Shown: positions 47,274 to 56,754, counted from the first letter of the stretch. The stretch is DNA of 64,000 nucleotides from an uncultured Acidimicrobiaceae bacterium (GCA_963781955.1 CAWAHU010000002.1:51582-115581), one strand, 5' to 3'. The notes: a model not told the origin generated them from the letters alone. Made by a program: numbers and translations.

Positions 47274-47990
47274 GTGCGGGCGACCTCAGTGCCGATCCAC
47301 GACATCGGCACGGCCATCTACCTGAGCCAGGACGTCTTTGCGTGGGCGGCCGAGTGGGGATGGCCGAACCCGTTCTCGTTCTACTTCGCCGGCCGGGGCG
47401 GGATGCTCGGCGACGTCAGCGCCGAGGTGGTGGTGTCCATCTTCGGCTGGTTCCAGCCCGACGCGGCGCGACTGATGTACGACGAGGGCGCGTCCGTGGG
47501 AGGTGCGAGTGCCGCCGCGGCGCGGATGGCCGAGGCCCACGGCCGCTGGGGTGAGGAGCACTACGGCGGGGTGAAGGGGATCGACGAGATCGTCAGCGTG
47601 ACGGAGGATCTCGTCGACGGGCTCGAGGGATCGGGCATCCCGCTCTTCGTCGGCTGGCGGAGGGCAGCGCGGGCCGGATCGCCGGCGGGCCGGGGCGCCC
47701 AGCTGATGCAGATGTTGCGCGAGTGGCGCGGCGGGCTCCACCTGGTCGCCACCACGTCCGTGGGCCTCTCGCCGCTCGAGGCGATCCTGACCAATGAAGG
47801 CGAGGGCCAGGCCAAGTTCTTCGGCTGGCCCGAACCCTTCCCCGACGTCTCGGGCATCAAGGCGCAGCACGGCCAGGCGGAGGAGATCACGGACCGGCTC
47901 TGCGCCGCCGGGTTGGCCGGTGCACTCGATGCGAGCCGTTGGGGCGCCTTCGCCGACGGCGTGCGGGCCCTGCGGGCGGCCACCCCCTGA
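47274..47990 (+). CDS. Conserved hypothetical protein
   Basis: IHDIGTAIYLSQDVFAWAAEWGWPNPFSFYFAGRGGMLGDV... resembles a conserved actinobacterial family of unknown function (recall only). Start is GTG 47274 or 47289. Confidence 0.45.
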   Translation: MRATSVPIHDIGTAIYLSQDVFAWAAEWGWPNPFSFYFAGRGGMLGDVSAEVVVSIFGWFQPDAARLMYDEGASVGGASAAAARMAEAHGRWGEEHYGGVKGIDEIVSVTEDLVDGLEGSGIPLFVGWRRAARAGSPAGRGAQLMQMLREWRGGLHLVATTSVGLSPLEAILTNEGEGQAKFFGWPEPFPDVSGIKAQHGQAEEITDRLCAAGLAGALDASRWGAFADGVRALRAATP

Positions 47991-48001
47991 CGCCCGCCGG
48001 A

Positions 48002-48021
48002 CCGGTGCCCGGGGGCACCGG
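48002..48021 (+). terminator. GC-rich hairpin after the hypothetical gene
   Basis: CCGGTGCCC-GG-GGGCACCGG lies 11 nt after the stop at 47990. There is no U-tract. Confidence 0.35.
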
Positions 48022-48172
48022 GGAATCGGCCGCGGCGGGACCGCCTTGCGACCCGTGGAGGAGGCTCAACTGCGACCCGAGGCGAGGCCGGACGGGTGAC
48101 CCGCTAGAGTGGAGAGTCGCTCAACGGGAGGCAGAACCCGACCGGGGAGCAACGGCGACGACCCGTCGCCAC

Positions 48173-48250
48173 GGACCTGTGGTGCAGCTCGGAGTGCACG
48201 CCGCCCTGTCAAGGCGGAGGTCGCGGGTTCAAATCCCGTCAGGTCCGCCA
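48173..48250 (+). tRNA. tRNA-Asp (anticodon GUC), CCA encoded
   Basis: Acceptor GGACCTG/CAGGTCC, anticodon arm CCGCC-CTGTCAA-GGCGG, T-arm GCGGGTTCAAATCCCGT. Confidence 0.9.
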
Positions 48251-48294
48251 CCGAGCCCCGGCCCGGCCATCGGCCGTGCCGGACGAGGTGACCC

Positions 48295-48367
48295 GGTCGG
48301 GTAGCTCAGTTGGTAGAGCGCGCGCCTGAAAAGCGTGAGGTCACCGGATCGACGCCGGTCCCGACCA
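48295..48367 (+). tRNA. tRNA-Phe (anticodon GAA), integration target of the downstream element
   Basis: Acceptor GGTCGGG/CCCGACC, D-arm GCTCAGTTGGTAGAGC, anticodon arm CGCGC-CTGAAAA-GCGTG, T-arm ACCGG-ATCGACG-CCGGT. The T-loop starts with A rather than the usual T. Confidence 0.85.
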
Positions 48368-48368
48368 C
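48326..48368 (+). repeat. attL core (within tRNA-Phe)
   Basis: CTGAAAAGCGTGAGGTCACCGGATCGACGCCGGTCCCGACCAC is identical to 63462-63504. Confidence 0.85.
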
Positions 48369-48427
48369 CGGAAACTCCCAGCTCAGAGGCACTTTCGACT
48401 GGCGGTCGGTTTTGGGGTCGCGATTTC

Positions 48428-48446
48428 GTGCCCACAACGTGCCCAC
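48428..48446 (+). repeat. Pair of GTGCCCAC direct repeats (11-nt phasing), candidate integrase arm-type site near attL
   Basis: GTGCCCACaacGTGCCCAC. The same dyad recurs at 63311-63329 and 63641-63659. Confidence 0.6.
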
Positions 48447-48552
48447 ACGGAATTGGAACGAGTTCTAATTCACGTTGTTAGCACGTGAGTCGGCACGTGT
48501 CCTGGTCATTACATGGATCTGTGGCCTGGCCCAAGTAGGCCCGGCGAGATCG

Positions 48553-48978
48553 TCAACCGAGATCGACGTGTCGGACCTGGTCCGCGTAGACGATGACGAT
48601 GAAGGGTCCGCTGTGCTTGCAAGCTGCGGTGATTGAGCCCAGGTTCTTGATGAAGCGGTCAGCCATGTCCGCCGCCGTCAGATTCTTTGCGGAAAGACAG
48701 AAACATCTCACTGCAAACTTCTTGACGGCCGCCTTTTCCGCTTCGTTGTAGCGGATTCGCTCATCCTTCATGAACACTGCTTCGCCATGTCTGCCGGCAT
48801 CGACGAGCCACTGGACGTCCGACACGAGTTCAGCCTGCGGCACGCCATAACGCTCTGCCAGTGTGACCAAGCGGAGTCCTTGTGCTCGAAGGAGAGCGGG
48901 AACCTTCTTCCGACCCAGGCTCCGATCGAGAAAGAGATCAGGCAGCCCTTCGGGATGCGACACGCACCACGTCCTCAA
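48553..48978 (-). CDS. PIN-like (DUF5615-type) putative toxin
   Basis: 141 aa. Overlaps the 3' end of the DUF433 gene. LPDLFLDRSLGRKKVPALLRAQGLRLVTL resembles the DUF5615 N-terminus. Assignment is by recall and by the pairing. Confidence 0.45.
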   Translation of the reverse strand: MRTWCVSHPEGLPDLFLDRSLGRKKVPALLRAQGLRLVTLAERYGVPQAELVSDVQWLVDAGRHGEAVFMKDERIRYNEAEKAAVKKFAVRCFCLSAKNLTAADMADRFIKNLGSITAACKHSGPFIVIVYADQVRHVDLG

Positions 48979-49690
48979 TGTCTGACCTAGGCACGCCGAA
49001 GTCTTCGGCGACCTCGTCCAGGTCCTCGCCTGCCCAGAACCTGTCCATCACATCGTCGACACGCACTCCCCCCGACGCGAATATGGGCTGACCGAACGAT
49101 CGATCCGGATCGACCAGGACCTCAGCTCGCTCGTACTCCGGCAACCGGATCATCCTCGCAAACGTGTCTTTGGGGTCATACGAAATCCGAGTCAAGTACT
49201 CCGACACGATGTCCGTGAAGACGCGCTGGCCACTGCGGATAACGACAAGTTCCTTGAGAGCGTTTGCAACGCTCTCATCTCGGGCCTCGTGCTCAGCGAG
49301 ATCAAAGAGGACTTCCGCGCCATCCGTATAGAGCCTCTTGGAAGCAAGTGCGTGGGAAACGCCAATCTCCCTCGACAGAGCGTCCAGTGCGGGTCGAATC
49401 CGCTGTAGCGGAACTCCTGAGCGCCGAATCGCGGCTAAGACCATTCCTTCGACTAGCCCTATGAAGGGCACGGAGGGATAGAGCGAACCGCGGCTCGGGA
49501 ATGCCGTGACTATCGGGTCGCCCCGATAGGAGGGTCGGCCTGGAGGATGGCGCTCGTATCCGCGAGCCCAGGTACCAAATGTGGCGGCGGGAACCCCCAA
49601 CGCCCGTGCGGCTTGGGCGACTGTGTAGAGAGGAACGGCGATCCTGAGATCATCCGTCTCGAGGTCTCGAATCGTGGCCTTCTTGGGCAC
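48938..49690 (-). CDS. HTH plus DUF433 domain protein, putative antitoxin (VapB45-like architecture)
   Basis: N-terminal MerR-like HTH LYTVAQAARALGVPAATFGTWARG. C-terminal DUF433 signature DPDRSFGQPIFASGGVRVDDVMDRFWAGEDLDEVAEDFGV. Confidence 0.55.
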   Translation of the reverse strand: MPKKATIRDLETDDLRIAVPLYTVAQAARALGVPAATFGTWARGYERHPPGRPSYRGDPIVTAFPSRGSLYPSVPFIGLVEGMVLAAIRRSGVPLQRIRPALDALSREIGVSHALASKRLYTDGAEVLFDLAEHEARDESVANALKELVVIRSGQRVFTDIVSEYLTRISYDPKDTFARMIRLPEYERAEVLVDPDRSFGQPIFASGGVRVDDVMDRFWAGEDLDEVAEDFGVPRSDIEDVVRVASRRAA

Positions 49691-50557
49691 AGAGAAGCTG
49701 ACTCTCCTTCAAGCGATGTGGCCGTCCACTATGAGTGTAGAAGCAGGCCGTGACGCGTTGGTGCCAGCGGTGCTTCGAGTACCGGAACGGGAGCCGTGTA
49801 GCCATCCGTCCGCCCGCCGAGGCGGCGGCGAAGCCGCCGGCCGAGGCAAGGGCGGCTTGATGATGTAGGGAGAACATCTGACATCTGGCCCTGGAATCAG
49901 TCTGGGATCGGTGAGCCGAGAGTCGGATTCGTCCTCACGCTTCATCGTCCTGGTCGTCGTTGATCGTCATTGGTCGCTGTGGGCATCTTTCGTCGGCTGC
50001 TGTTGTTCCCCGGTGTGCGTCGTAGTAGTCGTGCCGCTGGAATCCTCTGGACTCGCTGTCCAGCTCGTGTCGTCGTGACGACACGAGCACGTCAACACCG
50101 TGTCGTTTTGGGCCTGATCCGGCACTGCGTTTGGATGCCGTGACCTGGACGAAGTCGAAAGTGGACTCGCAAACTGCCCCTCTGTAGGTAGGGAAGGACG
50201 TTTCCTCCCGCCTTGAAAGGAGCTAGCAATGCGACTACTCGTCGACACCTGTGTCACCCGCTTCGTCTCGCCCGGACCGGCCAACCAGACCGTGACTAGA
50301 CCGAGCCACGGACCACACCCACGGGCCGAACCCAGTCCAGGTGGTCACCGATTGCGGCCATGCCACGCGGGTCACGAAGTCGGCGAAGTCGGGTCCCCGG
50401 AGGCGACCGTCGGTCGGAGTGCTCACGGGAAGGCCGGTCGACGGCATGGAGGCTACGACCACATGGTCCAGCGCCAGGACGACGGGTGTGGAGGCGGCGG
50501 CCGACCCACCAAGTGGAGCGAGCCCAAAGGCAACGAGGACGGAGGGGAGGATCGATC

Positions 50558-50851
50558 ATGCCGACCGGCCCGCTGAAGCGCAATGTGAGGTCCCCTCCAC
50601 GGAAACGTTCTGAGACAACGAGGAGGGCGAGTTCCGAACGACGCCCACTCCTCGACGTTCAGGACGTGGCCACCTGGCTCGGCGTCGACGTGGTCTTCGT
50701 GCGGCGTCTCGTCTCGGAGCGGAGAATCCCGTTCTTGAAGATCGGCAAGTACGTCCGGTTCGACCCCGACGAAGTGCTCTTCTGGATGGACAGGATGCGC
50801 GTCCATCCTCCCGCCCGAACGCCGAGTCGGCACAGTCGGAGATCCGCATGA
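50558..50851 (+). CDS. xis: Excisionase-family helix-turn-helix DNA-binding protein
   Basis: ATG lies 7 nt after GGAGGGGAGG. LLDVQDVATWLGVDVVFVRRLVSERRIPFLKIGKYVRFDPDEV is a classic Xis/MerR-type HTH. It sits directly upstream of int. Confidence 0.75.
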   Translation: MPTGPLKRNVRSPPRKRSETTRRASSERRPLLDVQDVATWLGVDVVFVRRLVSERRIPFLKIGKYVRFDPDEVLFWMDRMRVHPPARTPSRHSRRSA

Positions 50852-50943
50852 CAGCACACCGTTCGGTGCGACCGTTCTTCGATGAGGATTCAGAAACCCG
50901 GTCGTCGGCGTGCAGCGTCATGGGAACTCGATGAGGAACGGTC

Positions 50944-52073
50944 GTGGCGAAGCGAGGTCAGCGCCAATTCGGAAGCGTCCGGCGTTTGCGGTCTGACCGA
51001 TGGCAGGCGCGTCTGCAACTCGTCGATGGCCGGCGCTTCACCGCCCCCGGCACGTTCGCGACGAAGAGCGATGCCACCCTTTGGCTGGATCATCAGCGAA
51101 CCGCTCTCGCCTCGGGCCGCCTCGGTGACCCGGAGCGATCCCGTGTCCTCCTCGAGGACTTCGCCTGGGAATGGTTGAGCCACCAGACGCACCTGGCGCC
51201 CCGCACGAAGGAGATTTACGCCCACCAGCTCGAGGCGCACATCTTGCCGGCGATCAGTGACGACGTCCCACCGCTCGGCACGCTCCCTCTGAGCGAGATC
51301 ACCCCCGAGTTGGTGCGTTCCTGGCATCAGGCTCTGATGGTGAACGGGAGTCGGTCGATCGCCGCCAAGACCTATGTGCGGCTCCGGCAGATCCTCAGCC
51401 AGGCGGTCGACGACGATCGGATCGCCCGGAATCCCTGTCGGATCAGGCGCGCGGGCGTCGAGCATCACGACGAACAACGCTTCGCCACCATGGAGGAGCT
51501 GTTCACCCTCGCCTCCGCCGTCCCGGAGCGCTACGGGGCCATGGTGCTCACCGCCGGGTTGGCCGGACTTCGCCAGGGTGAGCTACTCGCCCTACGGCGT
51601 AGCGACGTCGACCTCGACTCAGGCGTGATCCACGTGCGCCGGAAGCGACAGCAGCTCGACTCGGGCGAGATGATCGAGGGGCCACCCAAGTCCGAGGCGG
51701 GCCGACGCACGGTGGCGCTTCCCGGGCCGCTGATCGACAGTCTGCGAGTGCATCTTCGGAGGTTCGTCGAGAAGGGCGACGACGCCTATGTCTTCACGTC
51801 ACCCGAAGGGCAACCAATCGAGCGGAACAACTTCCGCCGACGCGTGTGGATCCCCGCCATCAGGGAGGGCGGGCTCGACGGGCTCCGTTTCCACGACCTG
51901 CGGCATACTGCCGGCACGCTGGCGGCGCGTACCGGGGCGACGACCAAGGAGCTCATGGCCCGACTGGGCACGCGAGCGCCAATGCCGCGCTCGTCTACCA
52001 GCACGCTTCGGCGGATCGGGATAGGGCCATCGCCGAGGGCCTCGGCGCAATGATGCGAGACGTCGATCCGTGA
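50944..52073 (+). CDS. int: Tyrosine-type site-specific integrase with an apparent frameshift before the catalytic Tyr
   Basis: The Arg...HxxR triad region (LRQGELLAL, RFHDLRHTAG) is in ORF 50944..52053. The expected end GHASANAALVYQHASADRDRAIAEGL is in ORF 51846..52073. The frames join at the GGG run 51966-51968. Confidence 0.85.
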
Positions 52074-52486
52074 GTGGTCCCACGCCGTAAACCCAGCCTC
52101 ACTCGGACGAGGCTGGTCAAGGGGCGGCCGGAGGCCGAGCGAGGACACGGAGCGCAGCGGAGTCCCGCAGCGTCCCATTGAGGAGCCGGACCACGCAGCC
52201 AATCAAAATAGGTTTGGTCGGCCGGATCCGGCCGGCCTGGCTGCCCATCTCATGGGCGACAGGAGGGCACACCTCCGCAGAAGTCCACGGCCAGCCGACG
52301 AGGTTGACACCACGCCGGGCACTGGGAGGGGTCACCGCATCAAGCGGTCGGCACTTCATCTTCATTGCGGGCGAGTACCCGTGCGTTGCCCTTTGCGCCA
52401 TACCCATCCTTGCGGGACGGGACCGGTAACGTACGAAATTGCATCATCGGTTGCGATGAGCGGCCATCTCAAGGGGAGGGATTCGC

Positions 52487-53047
52487 ATGTCAAGCACGAG
52501 TACTGCCGACTCGGCGGAATCCATTCGAGCCGTCGGACGGAAGTGGTGGCTGCTCGCTGTGTTCGGAGTGATCACGCTCGGCTTCGGGATCGTCCTGACG
52601 TTCAAGCCCGGCAAGTCCGTGCACACCATCGCCATCATCATCGGGATCTGGCTGTTGATCCTCGGGGTCGTTCGGCTCATCCAGGCCATTGGTGCAACGG
52701 GCGAGCGAACGGGGTTCGTGATCGTCGGACTGCTCTCGATCGTCATCGCGCTCATCTTGCTGCACCACACCACCACGACGGTCGCCGTCCTCGGGTTCAT
52801 CGTGGGCATCTTCTGGACCATCGGGGGAGTCACTGAGCTGTTCCACGGCTTCAGTGCCAACGATGGCGCCGTGAGCTGGCCGACGGTGATCCTGGGCCTG
52901 ATCGCGACGGTCATCGGTGTCCTCTGCCTGGTGTACCCGAACCTGTCGCTCTCGATCATCTGTGTGATCGTGGGAGTCGGGATGATCGTCTACGGCATCG
53001 TCGTCATTGTGGCAAGTCTCGAAGTCCGCAAGACCAAAGACGGCTGA
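52487..53047 (+). CDS. hdeD: HdeD-family (DUF308) acid-resistance membrane protein
   Basis: WWLLAVFGVITLGFGIVLTFKPG with repeated helix pairs typical of DUF308. RBS AAGGGGAGGG. Confidence 0.8.
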   Translation: MSSTSTADSAESIRAVGRKWWLLAVFGVITLGFGIVLTFKPGKSVHTIAIIIGIWLLILGVVRLIQAIGATGERTGFVIVGLLSIVIALILLHHTTTTVAVLGFIVGIFWTIGGVTELFHGFSANDGAVSWPTVILGLIATVIGVLCLVYPNLSLSIICVIVGVGMIVYGIVVIVASLEVRKTKDG

Positions 53048-53093
53048 GCACTCGCTCCGCCGGGCTCTCGGCGCACAGTCGGCGACCTCTGAA

Positions 53094-53939
53094 GTGAACG
53101 AGGACACCCGAGCACAGACCAACTCGTCCGGCGAAGAGGTGCCACTCCCAGGCTCCATCTCCGAAGCCCTGCGGGTCGAATTCGGGGGGGCGCTCCATGC
53201 TCCTTACCTGGTGCCGTCCGTCGTGGCGGTCAACGGGCTCCTCATGGCAGGGCTGTGGTGGTGGGCGCCAGGGCCCTGGAAGAACGCTTTGTTCTCCCTT
53301 CACGGGCCGCTGGCCTTCGCCCTGGTCCTCGGCGGCTGGATGATCGCCGACGTCCCGGCCACCAACCTGCTGGGGCCCGACCCTGAAAGGACGAGAGCCG
53401 CGCTCGGTGATCCGATGATGTTCCGGCGCCTACTGTACGCAAAGAACCTCGTCCTGTGGCTGTTCGTGGCCCCGCTGTGCAGCGTGGTCGCTCTGATCAT
53501 CGGCGTCTCCCACCACGACTACACCGGGATGATCCTCGCCATCATCGCCATCGCGGTGATGCCGTTCGGCGTCTTGGGGATCTCGTCCTGGGTCGGCATC
53601 CGCTTCCCGTACCACCCCATCCCACTGCGAGAACGCTGGGCGCAGCGCCGGTCCTGGCGTCACATGCTGGTGCGCTGGCTCGCGCTGGCCGTGACCCCCT
53701 ACGGTCTGGTCCCCACCTTGGCCTTCGCCTTCATCACGCCCACGCTCACGCTGTGGGGAATCTCGGCCCAGAACGGGCTCACCGGCCGCCTGTCGGACGG
53801 CGAGCTCGCCTGGGGTGTGCTGTTGGCTTGTAGCTGGTCGGTCACCGCGGCGGTGCTCGGCCAACGCGCCGGTGCACGATTGGCCCTTCGTCGCCAAGAA
53901 GCATTGTCGGCCTACCTCGCCGATCCGTCGCTCGGGTGA
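53094..53939 (+). CDS. Hypothetical polytopic membrane protein
   Basis: About 6 TM helices and no recognised family. The start is uncertain: the track start at 53007 overlaps hdeD, and GTG 53094 is the first start after it. Confidence 0.4.
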   Translation: MNEDTRAQTNSSGEEVPLPGSISEALRVEFGGALHAPYLVPSVVAVNGLLMAGLWWWAPGPWKNALFSLHGPLAFALVLGGWMIADVPATNLLGPDPERTRAALGDPMMFRRLLYAKNLVLWLFVAPLCSVVALIIGVSHHDYTGMILAIIAIAVMPFGVLGISSWVGIRFPYHPIPLRERWAQRRSWRHMLVRWLALAVTPYGLVPTLAFAFITPTLTLWGISAQNGLTGRLSDGELAWGVLLACSWSVTAAVLGQRAGARLALRRQEALSAYLADPSLG

Positions 53940-53986
53940 CACCGCCGTCGGGGCGATCGGAGCCGCGGCTTCGAGCAGCGCCGCAC

Positions 53987-55378
53987 CTAGCCCCCAGCTG
54001 CGTCCGCCACCGCACCAGGTCCTGCAGTCGCGCTGGACGCGGCCGGCGCAAGTGGACGGGAGGGCGGCTTCAACCAGCGCTCGAGCCATGCGGACGCAAC
54101 GAATGACACGGCCACGGCCAAGATCACTACCGAGATCACCTTGAAGGCATCGGATTGTATGAAGACCAACGTCAGAAGCACCGACGAGAGCGGAAGACCA
54201 CCGATCGCCACCGACGTCATCGCACCGATTCCCATCGCCACCGAGTCCACCAGCGGCAGGCCAGGAAGATGTGAGAAGGCGATCCCGACTGCGGCACCGA
54301 TGAACATGCCGGGGAAGACAGGGCCGCCTTTGAACCCACCCAACGATGCGCTGTAGGCGAGTCCCTTGCAGACGATGAGTAAGAGCAGGGCTCCGACGGA
54401 CCAGGTTGCTGCGTTGTCGATGAGCGGGGACAGACCCGATTGCCCGGAGAAGAGGACGAAGTGTGAGCTCTTTCCGGTTTCCTCGGCGAAGAACACGGCC
54501 AGACCACCGATGACGAGACCGAGCACCGGCGTCATGAGCACCTTGTGGCGCGCAACGAATGGCTGTATCTGAAAGGCCCCACGCCGGATGGCTGTGCCGA
54601 CGACCGCCGCCACGAGACCGATCACAATGCTCCAGGCGAACGTGCTCCCCGTTGGAAAGCCGATTGTTGGGAGGTTCGGCACGCCGAACGAGGTAACACC
54701 CGTACTCGTAAAGTCGCTGAGGGCGACAAAGACGAGGGCGCCGATTCCCGCCGCCACAAGCCCGGGCATCAAGATCACGCTGATGAGACCGCCACCGATC
54801 CCAGCCGCCTCCAACAACAAGAAGGCACCGACAAGCGGTGACCCGAGCAGGCTCGAGATGGCCGCAAAGCTCCCTGCGGCCCCGATGATGGCGACTACTT
54901 GCTTCGGTGCATCCTTCTTGATGAGGTGCACGATGAGGACAGCGACGACCATGCCGATCACGACCAATGGCATCTCGGGCCCCAGCACCCCGCCCAAGAT
55001 GAGCGTCGCCAGCGATGCGACGACGACGCTGGGCAGATCCTTCGGCCCGAAGCTCCCCCCCATGGCGAATCCTTCGGCGGGATTGTGGCCTCCCGACCCT
55101 GGGAGATAGCGCAGCGTCGCACCGACGATGACGCCGCACAGCGCCAGGATGGGAAGCGGCCACCACACCGGCGCACCATGAAACCCGAGCTCGCCCGGAA
55201 GTGTACTGAAGAAGTAGTTCTGTCCCTTGTCGATCAGCTTCAAGTAGTAGTACGCCACGACCGCCACCGGGACGCCCACCAGCGCCCCCATGACCAGGAG
55301 CACCACGTATTGCTTACTCTTGACGAGCTGCAACGGCGAGGGAGAACTCGGAGCAGATGGCGCAGCTTCGTCAGGCAC
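53987..55378 (-). CDS. ClC-family chloride channel/antiporter with atypical selectivity-filter motifs
   Basis: 463 aa, about 10-12 helices. ClC-like blocks are LPGSGGHNPAEG (in place of GSGIPE), GVLGPEMPLV (in place of GxEGP) and GGPVFPGMFIG (GxFxP). Confidence 0.8.
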   Translation of the reverse strand: MPDEAAPSAPSSPSPLQLVKSKQYVVLLVMGALVGVPVAVVAYYYLKLIDKGQNYFFSTLPGELGFHGAPVWWPLPILALCGVIVGATLRYLPGSGGHNPAEGFAMGGSFGPKDLPSVVVASLATLILGGVLGPEMPLVVIGMVVAVLIVHLIKKDAPKQVVAIIGAAGSFAAISSLLGSPLVGAFLLLEAAGIGGGLISVILMPGLVAAGIGALVFVALSDFTSTGVTSFGVPNLPTIGFPTGSTFAWSIVIGLVAAVVGTAIRRGAFQIQPFVARHKVLMTPVLGLVIGGLAVFFAEETGKSSHFVLFSGQSGLSPLIDNAATWSVGALLLLIVCKGLAYSASLGGFKGGPVFPGMFIGAAVGIAFSHLPGLPLVDSVAMGIGAMTSVAIGGLPLSSVLLTLVFIQSDAFKVISVVILAVAVSFVASAWLERWLKPPSRPLAPAASSATAGPGAVADAAGG

Positions 55379-55515
55379 TCTCGGGTCGTCCGATCCTGGC
55401 GTGGTCAGGACACTCAGTCATCCTCACAGTGTCCAAATGGTTGAGCGAAGCGTCCTGTGCGAGCAACGGCCTCGCCTCCCGCATAGTCGGGACGACACCC
55501 CTTTGGTTTGCGACG

Positions 55516-55560
55516 CCCCACGCCGACGGGCGCATCCGTAGCGCCCGTCCCGGTGTGGGG
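55516..55560 (-). terminator. Strong GC hairpin after the DUF1269 gene
   Basis: The minus strand reads CCCCACaccgGGACGGGCGCtacggatGCGCCCGTCggcGTGGGG, beginning 11 nt after the stop at 55571. There is no clear U-tract. Confidence 0.4.
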
Positions 55561-55570
55561 ATCACCCAGG

Positions 55571-56080
55571 TCAGCTGAGCTCCTGCGCCGCCTCTTGCAC
55601 CGCCTTGTCGACGTCCTTGGCGCTCACGTCGAGCTCCTTGGCGACGTGCTTCTCCGCCTTCAGCTGGGCCTTGTCGAGGGCGGCCTCGATGGTGCTTTCG
55701 CCGACGATGACGAGGGCAGCCTCGCCGGTATCGATCAGGTCACCGAACTCCTTGACGTCCTTCCGAGACATGCCTTTCCACAGGTGACCGCTCACACCGC
55801 CGACTGCTGCACCCACCGCCGCGCCGACGACGATCGACGGCGGAAACAGGATCCCGACGACGGCACCGACCGCCGCCCCACCCCAAGCCCCGTGGCGGGT
55901 CGCCGTCTCGTCCTTGTTGACGTGAACCTTCCCGCTGCCGTCCTTGGTGACTACCGCGGCGTCATAGGTACCCACTGCCCCCACCGCGTGGAGGTCCTTG
56001 ACGACGTCGTAGTCGGAACGCGCCGCCGGCTCGCTGGGATACGTACCGATGTAGACAAACACTGCATCGGGCTTTGCCAT
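55571..56080 (-). CDS. DUF1269-domain membrane protein (general stress type)
   Basis: ATG 56080 is preceded by AAGAGGAAGGTGG. MAKPDAVFVYIGTYPSEPAARSDYDVV, then a Gly-zipper GAWGGAAVGAVVGILFPPSIVVGAAVGAAVGG. Confidence 0.7.
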   Translation of the reverse strand: MAKPDAVFVYIGTYPSEPAARSDYDVVKDLHAVGAVGTYDAAVVTKDGSGKVHVNKDETATRHGAWGGAAVGAVVGILFPPSIVVGAAVGAAVGGVSGHLWKGMSRKDVKEFGDLIDTGEAALVIVGESTIEAALDKAQLKAEKHVAKELDVSAKDVDKAVQEAAQELS

Positions 56081-56157
56081 GATCCACCTTCCTCTTCTTT
56101 GGTTGACCTTCAGCTTCTTTGGTTGACCGTCCGGGGTATCGCTTGGCACCTCGTCGG

Positions 56158-56478
56158 TCAGGCGCCGGCTTCCGCTTCGGCTTCAACGACGGCGATGGCG
56201 AAGCCGAGTGCCTCTGTGAGGTGCTCGGCGGCGGCCATCACTCGAGCGGTCCCGATGATCGGAGCGACGGCGACGAGAACGTCTTGCACCTGCTCGAGCG
56301 TGACCCCGGCGTCGATCGATGCTCCGATGTGCGCGAGGTAGGACACCGGGCGGGCGTCGACCGCAGCCAGGGCGGCCAGCCGTACCAGGATCAGCTCGTC
56401 TGCATCGAGCCCGCACCGGGCGATCGATGCGGCGGTCATATCGGCGATGGTGTCGAGGACGGGGGTGTCGTCAGGCAT
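56158..56478 (-). CDS. Carboxymuconolactone decarboxylase (AhpD-like) family protein
   Basis: 106 aa. LILVRLAALAAVDARPVSYLAHIGASIDAGVTLEQVQDVLVAVAPIIG matches the CMD fold pattern. Confidence 0.75.
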   Translation of the reverse strand: MPDDTPVLDTIADMTAASIARCGLDADELILVRLAALAAVDARPVSYLAHIGASIDAGVTLEQVQDVLVAVAPIIGTARVMAAAEHLTEALGFAIAVVEAEAEAGA

Positions 56479-56579
56479 GGGAAGCCTCCTTGAGTCCTTG
56501 AGGTTGTATCTCGGGACCTGGCTCTCAACGAAGGGAGTGTTGTGGTCGGTCCGTCATTCGGCAGATTCACACCCAGGTA

Positions 56580-56620
56580 GGCGAAGTGTCATCACCTGCT
56601 CGCCGGATTCACCTAGGGGA
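56580..56620 (-). promoter_or_regulatory. Copy A of a conserved 41-nt element (TCCCCTAGGTGAATCCGG-N5-AGGTGATGAC...) upstream of the CMD/DUF1269/ClC genes
   Basis: The reverse complement matches 59352-59392 at 34/41 positions, including an identical 18-mer. It lies ~100 nt upstream of the CMD start on the same strand. Confidence 0.5.
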
Positions 56621-56754
56621 AAACAGCCCGTTCCATGATGGGTCGGGGTGCGAACGCAGAAGGGACACGGCCCGAGCCGCGGGAACCACCGATCTGGTCC
56701 TCCATCGACTACCCGGAGGTCGGAGCCCGCGGGAGTAACGTGCCTGGCCGGCAA

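Noticed and set aside
48295-48367. Suspected 1-nt defect in the tRNA-Phe acceptor stem
   Set aside because: This came from my own mis-indexing on the first pass. On re-reading, GGTCGGG pairs perfectly with CCCGACC.
49700-50557. Several 60-115-aa ORFs between the toxin-antitoxin pair and xis
   Set aside because: They overlap one another on both strands and have Ser/Thr/Arg/Pro-biased translations without motifs or good RBS. The region is left unannotated rather than guessed.
53430-55166. 578-aa minus-strand ORF
   Set aside because: Alternative frame of the ClC gene and antisense to the membrane protein gene. Arg-rich, with no motifs.
55379-55570. Possible fluoride (crcB) riboswitch upstream of the ClC gene
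   Set aside because: Reading the minus strand by hand, I found neither the GGCGAUGG...CUGAUGA..CCUAC pattern nor the pseudoknot pairing. Only generic hairpins are present. An Infernal scan is needed to be sure.
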